From IMG/VR virus record IMGVR_UViG_3300036770_007283: DNA of 64,000 nucleotides, one strand, 5' to 3'. The position numbers were made by a program, and so were the translations under genes. Each line of letters begins with the position of its first letter. The stretch's first letter is position 1. Positions 1 to 8,725 of the stretch are shown here, piece by piece. This DNA comes from a virus (Duplodnaviria; Caudoviricetes). The notes beneath the pieces were generated by a model. It had not been told where the DNA came from. It made no database searches and saw only the letters and a program-made list of their open reading frames with translations.

Positions 1-2
1 CT

Positions 3-200
3 TTTACATCTAACAAAAGCGTGTACATTCTTTCTCTTTGTTTCGAGAACCCTCCTTCTTCCGCCTGGTTGAACTACTAACTGACAATCTTCTGCCAGAA
101 TCTTTAGAGGATGTAAAATCACCCTGCCTTTGTCTTTAACACTCCAGCAACCCAGGTGCAGATTCCAATAAATATCTAATTTTGAACCTTTGGAACCCAA
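3..200 (-). CDS. conserved phage hypothetical protein (partial, runs off window start)
   Basis: Open frame LDIYWNLHLGCWSVKDKGRVILH...GRRRVLETKRKNVHAFVR; TTG start at 200 with GGAGG 8 nt upstream. Confidence 0.65.
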   Translation of the reverse strand, partial: MGSKGSKLDIYWNLHLGCWSVKDKGRVILHPLKILAEDCQLVVQPGGRRRVLETKRKNVHAFVRCK

Positions 201-1003
201 TGTGTTGTCCTCCCATCCTCTGTTTCTTCACGAATTACCTTATTACCTAGAGGATCTGTTTCTTGACCATAAACCATAAATCGACTCGTAAAATTGCCGA
301 CCTCACCATTGAAATCCTGATAGGTTCGGAAGGTGGAGCCACCAGTTCTATAACTCTCCCGAATTATACATGAAACTGCTTTATTTAGTGTGTTGATTTC
401 CAAGTCTGATAGACTAGACATTTTTCTATGTGGTGATATCTTGGCTAGATATAATGCCTCTGCTTTAATATAATTGCCTACCCCAGATAAAATAGACTGA
501 TCCATTAAAAACTCTGGAAGGGTTTTCTTTCCATGTTTTTTAACCTTGGATCTAAAATCCAAATCTGAAACATCTTCTACTAACACATCTGGCCCTAGTG
601 ATTTAAGCTTTGCATTTAATTCTTTTTTAGAATTAACAAACTTAATAGTTCCAAAGTTTCTAATGTCTTTAAAGTGAACTGTATAACCATCATCGAAAGT
701 TAATGAAAGCCTAAGATGTGTAGCATCCGGGTCTGTAACAGCTGATTCTTTTTTTAGCCAAGAACCCGACATACCTAGCGTATTCCAAATGTTCCATTCG
801 CTATCTGTAAGAAAATAAATAAACTTACCCTTGCATTTAATCTCTTCTATCTTTAGGGGTAAGGCTTTTTCAAAGTTAGCTAAGCCTTCTGGCGGTTTTT
901 TAAGATATCGACCGCTCAGAACTTGAATCTGAGTTAAGGTTTTCCCCACCAGAACCTTCGACATTTGATCCACAATCTTCTTTACTTCCGGTCCCTCTGG
1001 CAT
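176..1003 (-). CDS. fpg: Fpg/Nei formamidopyrimidine-DNA glycosylase
   Basis: N-terminal MPEGPEV, KGKFIY, LGMSG, DIRNFG, H2TH GVGNYIKAEAL; zinc-less finger GRTTHWVP. Start trimmed to ATG 1003. Confidence 0.95.
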   Translation of the reverse strand: MPEGPEVKKIVDQMSKVLVGKTLTQIQVLSGRYLKKPPEGLANFEKALPLKIEEIKCKGKFIYFLTDSEWNIWNTLGMSGSWLKKESAVTDPDATHLRLSLTFDDGYTVHFKDIRNFGTIKFVNSKKELNAKLKSLGPDVLVEDVSDLDFRSKVKKHGKKTLPEFLMDQSILSGVGNYIKAEALYLAKISPHRKMSSLSDLEINTLNKAVSCIIRESYRTGGSTFRTYQDFNGEVGNFTSRFMVYGQETDPLGNKVIREETEDGRTTHWVPKVQN

Positions 1004-1349
1004 CTTTACCTCCAACCCAACTCGGCATTTCAAAGTTTTTGAAGATTTTCCAACTATCTCTTACTTTAACAGCAGTTATTTCCGTACATTCCTGCTTGTC
1101 ATAAAAAGCATATACAATTTTTGTAAACCCTGCCTCAGAAACCTTTGCTTCTATAAGATTAATGGTGCCAATACCCCGATAGAAACCAACCGGCAGTTCT
1201 TCTAAAGAAATAACATCCCAGCCTTTTTGTGGATGTGGCACCAAAACATTATTTTTATCTAAGCATAGAATGTGTTTATGACTCACATAGTTTTGTCCTG
1301 GCTTCCAACAGAAAATAGTTTCGCCAGGATTAGGCTTAGAATATTCCAT
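900..1349 (-). CDS. hypothetical protein
   Basis: 149-aa ORF between fpg and the glycosidase; 3' end overlaps fpg. Confidence 0.55.
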   Translation of the reverse strand: MEYSKPNPGETIFCWKPGQNYVSHKHILCLDKNNVLVPHPQKGWDVISLEELPVGFYRGIGTINLIEAKVSEAGFTKIVYAFYDKQECTEITAVKVRDSWKIFKNFEMPSWVGGKDARGTGSKEDCGSNVEGSGGENLNSDSSSERSIS

Positions 1350-2053
1350 CAGGGAATGACAATTCCAAAACGATATGTTAGTGGTGTGTCTAGATTCCAG
1401 TTGTCTGCTGCCGCAACCTTAAGGATTGCAGTAACACGCTCTGCGGATCTTTGAACTAGAGGATTTGGATAAGCTTTTAGCCAAGAATATCTAGCATTCA
1501 GAAATGCTTTTGCCCAAGCCTTCTCTTCACCGCCAGTAGCAGGGGGACGCTCTGGAAATACTTTTCTGAGTGAATCAATACGACCGGGTCCAGAGTGAAT
1601 AGAAGTATCATACAAAGCCAGATAGGTAAATGGCAAAGTTAACTTCATGGCAGTCCCTCTCTGAAGAACAGGAACCCAATATAACTCTTCAAAAACCTGG
1701 TCTTGTGCTTGTTGCATTAAAGGATCTTTTCCAGCCAAAGATAGAAGCTGCATTAATTCTTTAACTTCTGCAGGAGGATTTTTCGGGTCCACCTTGGAAG
1801 AGAAATTGGCAGTTAACTTTGGCAGAAACTTATCAAACTTATCAGAATGTGCCCCGCCAAGATCTAAATAGCGCATTACAATAGCATCTAAGGAGCCGCT
1901 TCTGTCAGTAGACTGATGTTTGCCATAAGAAATTCCTGCACCATCTGCTAGAACTGTAACAGTGGAATAAGCAGTAGGCGAAGGAAGCTTGCCAGTCTCG
2001 TTAATAGATAAGACGGAATCAATAACCCTTTTTTGTGTGGCACTAAGTTGCAT
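1349..2053 (-). CDS. GH46 chitosanase-like / lysozyme-fold glycosidase (candidate lysin)
   Basis: SINETG (catalytic Glu) ... ADGAGISYG (catalytic Asp) spacing, YDTSIHSG; AAGGAG RBS before ATG 2053. Confidence 0.75.
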   Translation of the reverse strand: MQLSATQKRVIDSVLSINETGKLPSPTAYSTVTVLADGAGISYGKHQSTDRSGSLDAIVMRYLDLGGAHSDKFDKFLPKLTANFSSKVDPKNPPAEVKELMQLLSLAGKDPLMQQAQDQVFEELYWVPVLQRGTAMKLTLPFTYLALYDTSIHSGPGRIDSLRKVFPERPPATGGEEKAWAKAFLNARYSWLKAYPNPLVQRSAERVTAILKVAAADNWNLDTPLTYRFGIVIP

Positions 2054-2063
2054 TAAAAACTCC

Positions 2064-2795
2064 TTATTTTCCAGCAGAATTAGATGTATAGGTAATTCTT
2101 GCGCCATATAATTTTGTGTTTCCAACCGAGTCATCTGTGATCGATACTTGGATCACATAACTGTAATCTTCATAGTCTATCGTTACATTTGTTCCCAAGA
2201 CAATCTCTGCATATTCAACCGTTCCTACTATATTGAAAACACCACCACCACCAACGGAAGTAAAGGCACCAGTTGTATTATTAATCTTTCCAATGGCTAC
2301 GCTAAACACATCGCCGGTATCTGACCTCTCATAAGTAAGTCCTACAGTAGAAATAACAGAGCCATCTGGAAGATCTGTAATCGGTGCCCAAACCTTTCTA
2401 GTTGTAGTGGAACGAATTTGTAAGTAAGGTGGATCTTCGATCCTAAATGAAGTGGCACCATATTCTGGCACAAAAGCAACAGCAGGATAGCTTTTATATC
2501 TAGTAACTGCATCGCCAGGTGAAATAACCGTAGGAATTCTTTCAAAGTTAAGCGCCTGTCCTCCGATCAAAACACCTTGTGCTTCGATGGTGATTGCACT
2601 ATAAGCTAGAATATCTATCTCACCACTAGGGTTGACAGCATTAATTTCTAAAGTAGAATCTGTGCTAATTAACTCAGTCTTAACTTCAGGTGAGGTGACC
2701 AAATCAGAAACTGATAAATTATCTTTAATATTTACAGTTTTAGTATCACCTACCACCTCTAGCGTGTGATCATCTGAATATCTATCCTTTGCCAT
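2064..2795 (-). CDS. hypothetical protein, beta-rich, possibly virion-associated
   Basis: 243-aa ORF with RBS; S/T/V/G-rich. Confidence 0.7.
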   Translation of the reverse strand: MAKDRYSDDHTLEVVGDTKTVNIKDNLSVSDLVTSPEVKTELISTDSTLEINAVNPSGEIDILAYSAITIEAQGVLIGGQALNFERIPTVISPGDAVTRYKSYPAVAFVPEYGATSFRIEDPPYLQIRSTTTRKVWAPITDLPDGSVISTVGLTYERSDTGDVFSVAIGKINNTTGAFTSVGGGGVFNIVGTVEYAEIVLGTNVTIDYEDYSYVIQVSITDDSVGNTKLYGARITYTSNSAGK

Positions 2796-2809
2796 TCATT
2801 CTCCTGGGA

Positions 2810-3031
2810 TTAAAAAATCTCTCCTTTATATTTAATATTAGCATTATATCCCTCAGGAAAGATTTTAACTGACAAGTTGTTTCCCCAACATTGTCTTGCA
2901 TCAAAGATCACTTGCGCAATCTTTTGATAAGAACCGCCAAGATTCCTAACCCACTCTACGCCATTAAAAAGATCTGCTGTCCAAAGACAGCTGTTTTTAG
3001 GATCCAAGCTAACACAAATCCAGTTCTTCAT
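2810..3031 (-). CDS. hypothetical protein
   Basis: MKNWICVSLD...; GGAG RBS. Confidence 0.6.
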   Translation of the reverse strand: MKNWICVSLDPKNSCLWTADLFNGVEWVRNLGGSYQKIAQVIFDARQCWGNNLSVKIFPEGYNANIKYKGEIF

Positions 3032-3032
3032 T

Positions 3033-3572
3033 TTAACTCCTATTTGCATATTGACGGCAATATTCATTAACAAAGGCAGTTCCAGTCTGACTTGTATTTA
3101 GACAAAAGCCTAAACCCCACATCGGGATATGAATCTTGTCAGAATTCAAAAGAATCTCTGTTGGAACACCAGACGTCTCGTTTCCTAATACAATACAATT
3201 ATGGGTTTGAAAATCAAAACTATAATCGTAAAGACTTACCGAACCTTCTGTTAGCTCAGCAGAAACCAACTGCCAATTAGATAGTTTAGCTAAAGCTAAA
3301 AAATCTGAAGGTTTGTTGTACTGCCTAAGTTCAACAAAGTCAACCAAACTACCTGAGGAATTAAACAAGGCTTTTCTAGAAGGAATTGAACCAATAACAT
3401 GAATTGTACGAATACCATAACATGCTGCAGTTCTAATCAAAAAAGCTAAGTTTTCATCCAGTTGAAAGTTTACAGTAACTAGTGAGGCTGGTAAAGTTAC
3501 TGCTTCTTTTTGCTTACCTAAGTATCTCTCAATTCTTGTCTCTGACCGCTTCAGCCTGCTCGCTTGCAACAT
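3033..3572 (-). CDS. SpoU/TrmH-family RNA 2'-O-methyltransferase
   Basis: ENLAFLIRTAACYG, IVLGNETSGV, IHIPM..G..CLN SPOUT motifs. Confidence 0.92.
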   Translation of the reverse strand: MLQASRLKRSETRIERYLGKQKEAVTLPASLVTVNFQLDENLAFLIRTAACYGIRTIHVIGSIPSRKALFNSSGSLVDFVELRQYNKPSDFLALAKLSNWQLVSAELTEGSVSLYDYSFDFQTHNCIVLGNETSGVPTEILLNSDKIHIPMWGLGFCLNTSQTGTAFVNEYCRQYANRS

Positions 3573-3978
3573 TTACAACCTCATAGCTAAACTCACCCTT
3601 TTTAAAGTGGTGAGAAAATCCTTTGCCCTCTTGGATTAATGAAGCTAATTTAATCATAAACTCATGAGTACCCTCTTCCGCCTTAGGTTGGTTAGAATAC
3701 CAATATAAGCTAAGCTCTCTTGGTGAAGGCAACCATCGCTTTAAAAACTGCTCTGGTGTCATTGAGGCTAAGCTTGTAAAGTATCTTTTATAATCAGATA
3801 ATAAAGTAACATTATCAAATTCAGAATTGCCCATCTGCCTAGCAACAACCAAAGGTTTTGTATAATCAATCAAATCGGAAGGAATCCATCCATATTCAAC
3901 CACACCCTTTTCTTTGACAACCTGATGATACACATACGATTTACTTACACCAAGCTTGCTTTTGTAACCTTCCGACAT
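3529..3978 (-). CDS. hypothetical protein
   Basis: 149-aa ORF tiling the operon. Confidence 0.65.
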   Translation of the reverse strand: MSEGYKSKLGVSKSYVYHQVVKEKGVVEYGWIPSDLIDYTKPLVVARQMGNSEFDNVTLLSDYKRYFTSLASMTPEQFLKRWLPSPRELSLYWYSNQPKAEEGTHEFMIKLASLIQEGKGFSHHFKKGEFSYEVVNVASEQAEAVRDKN

Positions 3979-4887
3979 TTACATCCACCTTGCATAAAAG
4001 AAATTGCTCCATGCTGTATGAAACTGTTTAACCAAAACCTCGGCTAAGGTGGTAACAAAATTAGAACTAAGCTTGTCTACAAAGCCCCTCTTTTCGCCCA
4101 AGTATTTAATCTTAACAATCTCATATTTACTAATGTTCTCTAAAATATATTCATCAGAAGTCTTTAACTCATCCACAAGCTTTAGCCTAAAGGCATCTAA
4201 TCCATTCCAATGCTCACCAGTAGCAATCTCGCTAATATGCTCTGTTAAACAAGGTCGATTATGAATGATATGTTGACAAAAAGCTTGATATACGCCTAAC
4301 AAATTTTCTTTAAACTTTGCTTCGCCTTCTTGCGTCAAAGGACCAAGTGGTGAAACAGTTCTTTTAAAGGCACCTGCGGTATATTGCTTATATTCCACAC
4401 CTAAATTTTGCAATAGCTGAAAAAAGTTAGGAAATTCAGAAACCACACCAACCGAACCAATAATGGCCCAAGGTGAAGCTAAAATCTTGTCGGAAACACA
4501 AGCCATTAAGTATCCGCCAGATGCAGCGATTTTATCAACAGCGATAACCAACGGAATCTTGGCATTTTTAATTCTAGCAAGCTGAGCGGCAGCATAACCA
4601 TAAGTATGTGCTGCACCACCGGGAGAATTTAATCTAACAAGAACCTGATCCCCATCTTTAGCATTACAGATTACTGCTGTGATCTCGGAGGCTAGTGCAG
4701 AAGCCTGACTAGCTAGTGTATCACCCTCAAAGTCTAATACAAAGATCCTGTTAGCTTTATATTTACGACGCAAGAACTTAGGTTCTTCCCCAAGAGCTAA
4801 GCTTACATCATTAACAGTAGAAGCATAAATATCATTTAGACTAGTTACAGAGATAAAGTTCTTTTTATATTTTCCCCAATTAAACAT
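3979..4887 (-). CDS. sohB: S49 family serine peptidase, SohB-like
   Basis: VLDFEGD, RLNSPGG, VDKIAASGGYLMAC, AIIGSVGVV, TAGAFKRT. Confidence 0.9.
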   Translation of the reverse strand: MFNWGKYKKNFISVTSLNDIYASTVNDVSLALGEEPKFLRRKYKANRIFVLDFEGDTLASQASALASEITAVICNAKDGDQVLVRLNSPGGAAHTYGYAAAQLARIKNAKIPLVIAVDKIAASGGYLMACVSDKILASPWAIIGSVGVVSEFPNFFQLLQNLGVEYKQYTAGAFKRTVSPLGPLTQEGEAKFKENLLGVYQAFCQHIIHNRPCLTEHISEIATGEHWNGLDAFRLKLVDELKTSDEYILENISKYEIVKIKYLGEKRGFVDKLSSNFVTTLAEVLVKQFHTAWSNFFYARWM

Positions 4888-4905
4888 AACCTATCTCCTG
4901 TTAGA

Positions 4906-4934
4906 ATTATAGCCGTGCCAAATTTTTTTCTCAA
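4906..4934 (-). promoter_or_regulatory. sigma70-type promoter for sohB
   Basis: TTGAGA-17 nt-TATAAT on minus strand, followed by AGGAG RBS. Confidence 0.75.
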
Positions 4935-5020
4935 ATATTTTTTACATTTTTTTTCAAAAATAAAATTGTTCAAGAAAAAACTGGAAAATTAAACGGCTAA
5001 ATTTATTTTAAAAATTTTGC

Positions 5021-5049
5021 TTGCAAAAATGTTGCGGTGCTAGTACTAA
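5021..5049 (+). promoter_or_regulatory. divergent sigma70-type promoter
   Basis: TTGCAA-17 nt-TACTAA, with A/T tracts upstream. Confidence 0.6.
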
Positions 5050-5055
5050 GCAGAC

Positions 5056-5205
5056 ACCAGTAATCCCCGACTGGTGAAAAGGCCAGGGATGATAGTTTTC
5101 CCCACCATCCCTGGCCTTAAAAAGCGAATCACTAAGTATATCAAAGTTGGATGGACCTGGCTGAGATTATCCTAGTAGTCGCAGAACTATTTGTTCTATT
5201 TTTTT
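5056..5205 (+). ncRNA. candidate small RNA
   Basis: Downstream of + promoter; hairpins CACCAG/CTGGTG and GGCCAGGGATG/CATCCCTGGCC; ends AGAAC-TATTT-GTTCT-A-T7; no ORF. Confidence 0.4.
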
Positions 5206-5270
5206 ATAGGGTTTTTGTTGTATTGGTGCCCGAGTTTAACCACCAAAATCACGGGCGGTGGGTTTCAGAA

Positions 5271-5477
5271 TCAGCCTAGATTGTTGTTTAGGAAGTTCTG
5301 AAGTGCGCGGGCTTGACGAAGGGTTAGCCGAACCTCTACATCGGAGCGATCACCGGGAACGCGGACGACTAGGCAGTTTGATAGCATCTGCTTACGTTTT
5401 GACCCTGTGGTTAGCGCAACTTCTAGACCAGAATAATTCTTTGACTTCTCACTTGATGTTTTTGATGATGTCATCAT
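5271..5477 (-). CDS. hypothetical protein
   Basis: 68-aa ORF, AGGAGG RBS, start overlaps upstream stop. Confidence 0.7.
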   Translation of the reverse strand: MMTSSKTSSEKSKNYSGLEVALTTGSKRKQMLSNCLVVRVPGDRSDVEVRLTLRQARALQNFLNNNLG

Positions 5478-5770
5478 TTACCTCCTAGGTTAAATGGGTT
5501 GATTGAATTTGAAAAATTCTTCTTTTTAGTTTGTTTTGGTAGTTCTTTGCACAGATCTAATTCTGGCTTTTGCATTACTGGTCGGGGAGGGCTTAAAAAA
5601 ACGTCAACTGGTGTTCCCTCTGCGATTGCTTTTTCTCTCAGGGTTGGGTGTAATAAGACTGCTACCGGAAGTCCATCTTGCCCTACCCAGGTTACTATCT
5701 CGCCCATCTTTTTATAGTGATAAACCTTTGTGCCATTTTTAACTGATGCTAAAACTTGCGAAATGCTCAA
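5474..5770 (-). CDS. hypothetical protein
   Basis: 98-aa ORF with GGAGG RBS. Confidence 0.65.
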   Translation of the reverse strand: MSISQVLASVKNGTKVYHYKKMGEIVTWVGQDGLPVAVLLHPTLREKAIAEGTPVDVFLSPPRPVMQKPELDLCKELPKQTKKKNFSNSINPFNLGGK

Positions 5771-5844
5771 TCCGCCCTCCGATGCTAGTAGTATAACACT
5801 TGCAATTTTTTTATTAAAACAAATTCTGTATATAAGTTGGTAAA

Positions 5845-6186
5845 TTATGTTTTTGTTTTTTTGAATTTTTTCTCAAGTTCGTTTGCTAAACTTGTGAAGT
5901 CCATTTTTAAATTGTCATTATGAACTATCAGAAATGCTGTGATGCTGCTACACTCTGAATCGGAAATGCCAGCCCATTCCCTTACCTTTTGGGGTAGGTA
6001 GTTCACTTGGTTTAGATAAACCATTTTGTTGGAATAAGGATCTTGTTCCCAACTTCCCAACTCAGAAATATCGCATAGAACTCCCAAAGCACAGTAGCAA
6101 TCACCGACCCGTAAAGCACCTCTTACTTTTTTATACTTTTGTGAACGTAAGGCTTCTAGCCATTTTTCAAGGCAGGATTTTTTCAT
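5845..6186 (-). CDS. conserved phage hypothetical protein
   Basis: WLEALRSQKY...YCALGVLCDI motif. Confidence 0.75.
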   Translation of the reverse strand: MKKSCLEKWLEALRSQKYKKVRGALRVGDCYCALGVLCDISELGSWEQDPYSNKMVYLNQVNYLPQKVREWAGISDSECSSITAFLIVHNDNLKMDFTSLANELEKKFKKTKT

Positions 6187-6481
6187 GGATGACTCTAAGA
6201 ATTATATTTATATCATAACTAATGGTGAAGATTATAAAGTTGGATTTAGCAAGAATCCTAACAAAAGATTAAAGCAATTACAGACTGGCAATTCTAAAAA
6301 ACTAAAATTGATAAACGTATATCAAGTGCCAGATCGATTAGTTAGGATTATAGAAAAAGAAGCACATCGAGAAATTCGCATCAGATATGAAAAACGTGGC
6401 GAATGGTTCAAGGGTGCTTCTGAATTTTATGTTAAGCTTTTGGTAGATATGGTCTGTGAAAAATACTATCCACAGACCTAG
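6185..6481 (+). CDS. GIY-YIG superfamily (T5orf172/MUG113-like) protein
   Basis: YIYII...YKVGFSKNPNKRLKQLQTGN...IEKEAH...RGEWF. Confidence 0.88.
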   Translation: MDDSKNYIYIITNGEDYKVGFSKNPNKRLKQLQTGNSKKLKLINVYQVPDRLVRIIEKEAHREIRIRYEKRGEWFKGASEFYVKLLVDMVCEKYYPQT

Positions 6482-6510
6482 TGCATTATCTACAATAAAA
6501 ACGTTGGGGT

Positions 6511-6822
6511 TTAGGCAGCCGAAATGTTTTCAATTTGCGGAAGTGACTTAACCTTTTCAATCGTATCTTTTGGAATCTTAATCTTGATTGTAGGTTGAAA
6601 CATTCTATATTCAGAGTCTAGGGTGTATTTATCTAAACAAAAACTTCCGCCTAGATCCACTACCGCATTAAGTACCTTAAAGAAGTCAGTTTCATAAATC
6701 TTCTTTAATTCTTCGGTTCTTTTTTGACGAAGCTTGTAGTCTGAGCTGTAATTATAGGGGACTTGCTCCTGCTTGATTCTAATGGTGCAGTAGACGTACT
6801 TCTGCTCAATTTCTTGTGTCAT
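6511..6822 (-). CDS. hypothetical protein
   Basis: 103-aa ORF. Confidence 0.65.
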   Translation of the reverse strand: MTQEIEQKYVYCTIRIKQEQVPYNYSSDYKLRQKRTEELKKIYETDFFKVLNAVVDLGGSFCLDKYTLDSEYRMFQPTIKIKIPKDTIEKVKSLPQIENISAA

Positions 6823-7088
6823 TGTTTAATCACTCCTAGTACTAGTGGGTGTGCCAGAACAACATCAGTTTCTTCGTTAGTTAGCTTGGCGTAAAAAAAT
6901 GGGGCGATGAAAATATTTAGTTCCCAAGAATCAAGCCAGGCGGTTCCACCAATTGCTACAATTGAATTTGTAATATTTAAAATTGTATTCAATCTATTAT
7001 CTAAAAATTCTTCATAGTTTGGGGTTAGCTTTGATTCTTCTAAAATTTGGATGATATAGCAATTGCGTTCAACCATCCCGCCCCCCAT
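6819..7088 (-). CDS. hypothetical protein
   Basis: 89-aa ORF; stop overlaps next start. Confidence 0.6.
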   Translation of the reverse strand: MGGGMVERNCYIIQILEESKLTPNYEEFLDNRLNTILNITNSIVAIGGTAWLDSWELNIFIAPFFYAKLTNEETDVVLAHPLVLGVIKQ

Positions 7089-7150
7089 GCAATAGGTATA
7101 GCAACATGGAAATAAAAATTAAAGCATTTTATCACCATGCTTCATTAAGC

Positions 7151-7184
7151 AAGAATGGGCCAGATTTGCTGACCCATTCTTTTT
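7151..7184. terminator. intrinsic terminator-like hairpin downstream of hsp20
   Basis: AAGAATGGG/CCCATTCTT stem with T-tract. Confidence 0.6.
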
Positions 7185-7196
7185 TAGGATTAAAAA

Positions 7197-7700
7197 CTAA
7201 GAGATTTTAATCTGTCTTGGTCTTGGCGATTCTTGTGGCTTTAGCTTTGGGATGGTTAAATACAACATTCCATCCTCAAATTTGGCCGAAATATTGGTAG
7301 CGTCTAATGTTTCAGTTAGGGTCCAAGACCTTCTAAAAGAAGACCTCTTTAATTCCCGATACAAATAGGAAGCACCACCTTTGGCCTGATCACCACCTCG
7401 CTTTTCGCCAGAGATAGTAAGTACACCTTCATGCACATCAACCGAAATATCTTCTTTCGACATTCCGGGTACTGCTGCTTCAATTACCAAAGATTCTTTG
7501 GTTTCTAAAATATCTACCTTGGGGTAGGCACCTTTTTCAAAGAAGTCTGCTCCAAATTTAGTTTGAAGACCGGGAAACTTTGATCTTACAAACTCATCAA
7601 AGATTCTATCAAACGGCATCATAAATTCAACAAACAGATCATCTCTTTTGGTATTGTTTAGTTTATTTTGACCTCTTTGAATATCATTTCTTACTGACAT
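7197..7700 (-). CDS. Hsp20/alpha-crystallin small heat-shock protein
   Basis: YPKVDILET, EAAVPGM, GVLTISGE, SFRRSW, AKFEDGMLYLTIPK. Confidence 0.96.
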   Translation of the reverse strand: MSVRNDIQRGQNKLNNTKRDDLFVEFMMPFDRIFDEFVRSKFPGLQTKFGADFFEKGAYPKVDILETKESLVIEAAVPGMSKEDISVDVHEGVLTISGEKRGGDQAKGGASYLYRELKRSSFRRSWTLTETLDATNISAKFEDGMLYLTIPKLKPQESPRPRQIKIS

Positions 7701-7760
7701 TTTTACTCCTAATTACCTCTTTTGAGTGTAATTTAGCTACACCATCACTATGATTGGTTC

Positions 7761-7775
7761 GCTATTTTCGTGCCA
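7761..7775 (-). promoter_or_regulatory. possible sigma54 (-24/-12) promoter for hsp20
   Basis: TGGCACG-AAAA-TAGC vs consensus TGGCACG-N4-TTGC, about 60 nt upstream of ATG. Confidence 0.4.
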
Positions 7776-7797
7776 TAATGGTCACGAAAGTTTAATG

Positions 7798-8421
7798 CTA
7801 GTCTTGGACTTCTACCACCTCAGATTGCTCTAATAGCGGTTCTGGGACGACTGGATCATCTGGGGTTCCATCACCCCAAGCATCCCATCCCTCAGCCCTC
7901 TGCCTAGCAAATAATTCAATCCTGGGCAGATCCCCAAACAGCTTGGTTATCCGCTCCCTTGTAATAGGTGGCTTAACGCTATGTCCACGTCTTGGCTCCA
8001 TCATAATCTGTGGAATGGTTTTATCCACCGCTTTAATATGCCCCCTCATTCCAAGCAAACAAATCTCTATATTGGATTTGGTATAGCTGCCCATTCCATT
8101 TAAGGGTTGACCATCCTTTTTAACCTTGACCCAAGTAAAGGCACAAGTCTTATATTTAAAGCCCCAAGACTTCATAACCTCAATAGAATCTGGTAAGGTT
8201 GGCATTGTTGCCCATAAAAATAAGGCGCAGTTTTTATCCCTTAAATCTTTGATGGGTAAATTGCAAATCTGCTGCGTAGTCATGGTATTATAATGTCTTT
8301 CTGGTGCAAAGTTTCCACCATCCTTTCCGGTTCCCCATAGGTAAGACCAAGGTGGATCTGCATAGATAATGCTATATTTGTTAGTTATTTTGCTTAGATC
8401 TTTATATCTTTTTCCTGACAT
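7798..8421 (-). CDS. MT-A70 family adenine methyltransferase
   Basis: IIYADPPW, LFLWAT, WGFKYKT, HSVKP, RIELFAR...GWDAWG. Confidence 0.95.
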   Translation of the reverse strand: MSGKRYKDLSKITNKYSIIYADPPWSYLWGTGKDGGNFAPERHYNTMTTQQICNLPIKDLRDKNCALFLWATMPTLPDSIEVMKSWGFKYKTCAFTWVKVKKDGQPLNGMGSYTKSNIEICLLGMRGHIKAVDKTIPQIMMEPRRGHSVKPPITRERITKLFGDLPRIELFARQRAEGWDAWGDGTPDDPVVPEPLLEQSEVVEVQD

Positions 8422-8422
8422 T

Positions 8423-8725
8423 TTACACCATCTTTTTTATCTTTATTAATAAATTACTATCGCCTGATATGATACGATGCCAAGTTAATTTATTAATAAA
8501 GATTTCTTCACCTTGAATAAGTAATCTTGGAACTTGGTTGTCAAACTGAATTTTCCATCCACCTGGCTCCACAATAGTAATCAGCCTGTCTTCAAAGTCA
8601 ACATGCCACTCTAATTCTTGTTCTTGATTACCAGGAAGAAACAACCTAAAACTTCCATATTCTATATATGGCTCAGTCTCGCTTGGAGTGACTATCCCTA
8701 ATTGGTTTTCTTCCCTTTCCTTCAC
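8423..8725 (-). CDS. cupin-like conserved phage protein
   Basis: WHVDFEDR...WKIQFDN...TWHRIISG pattern. Confidence 0.7.
   Translation of the reverse strand: MKEREENQLGIVTPSETEPYIEYGSFRLFLPGNQEQELEWHVDFEDRLITIVEPGGWKIQFDNQVPRLLIQGEEIFINKLTWHRIISGDSNLLIKIKKMV

Noticed and set aside
4914-4920. sigma54 -24 box (TGGCACG) upstream of sohB
   Set aside because: No -12 GC at the right spacing; it lies in the spacer of a well-formed sigma70 promoter.
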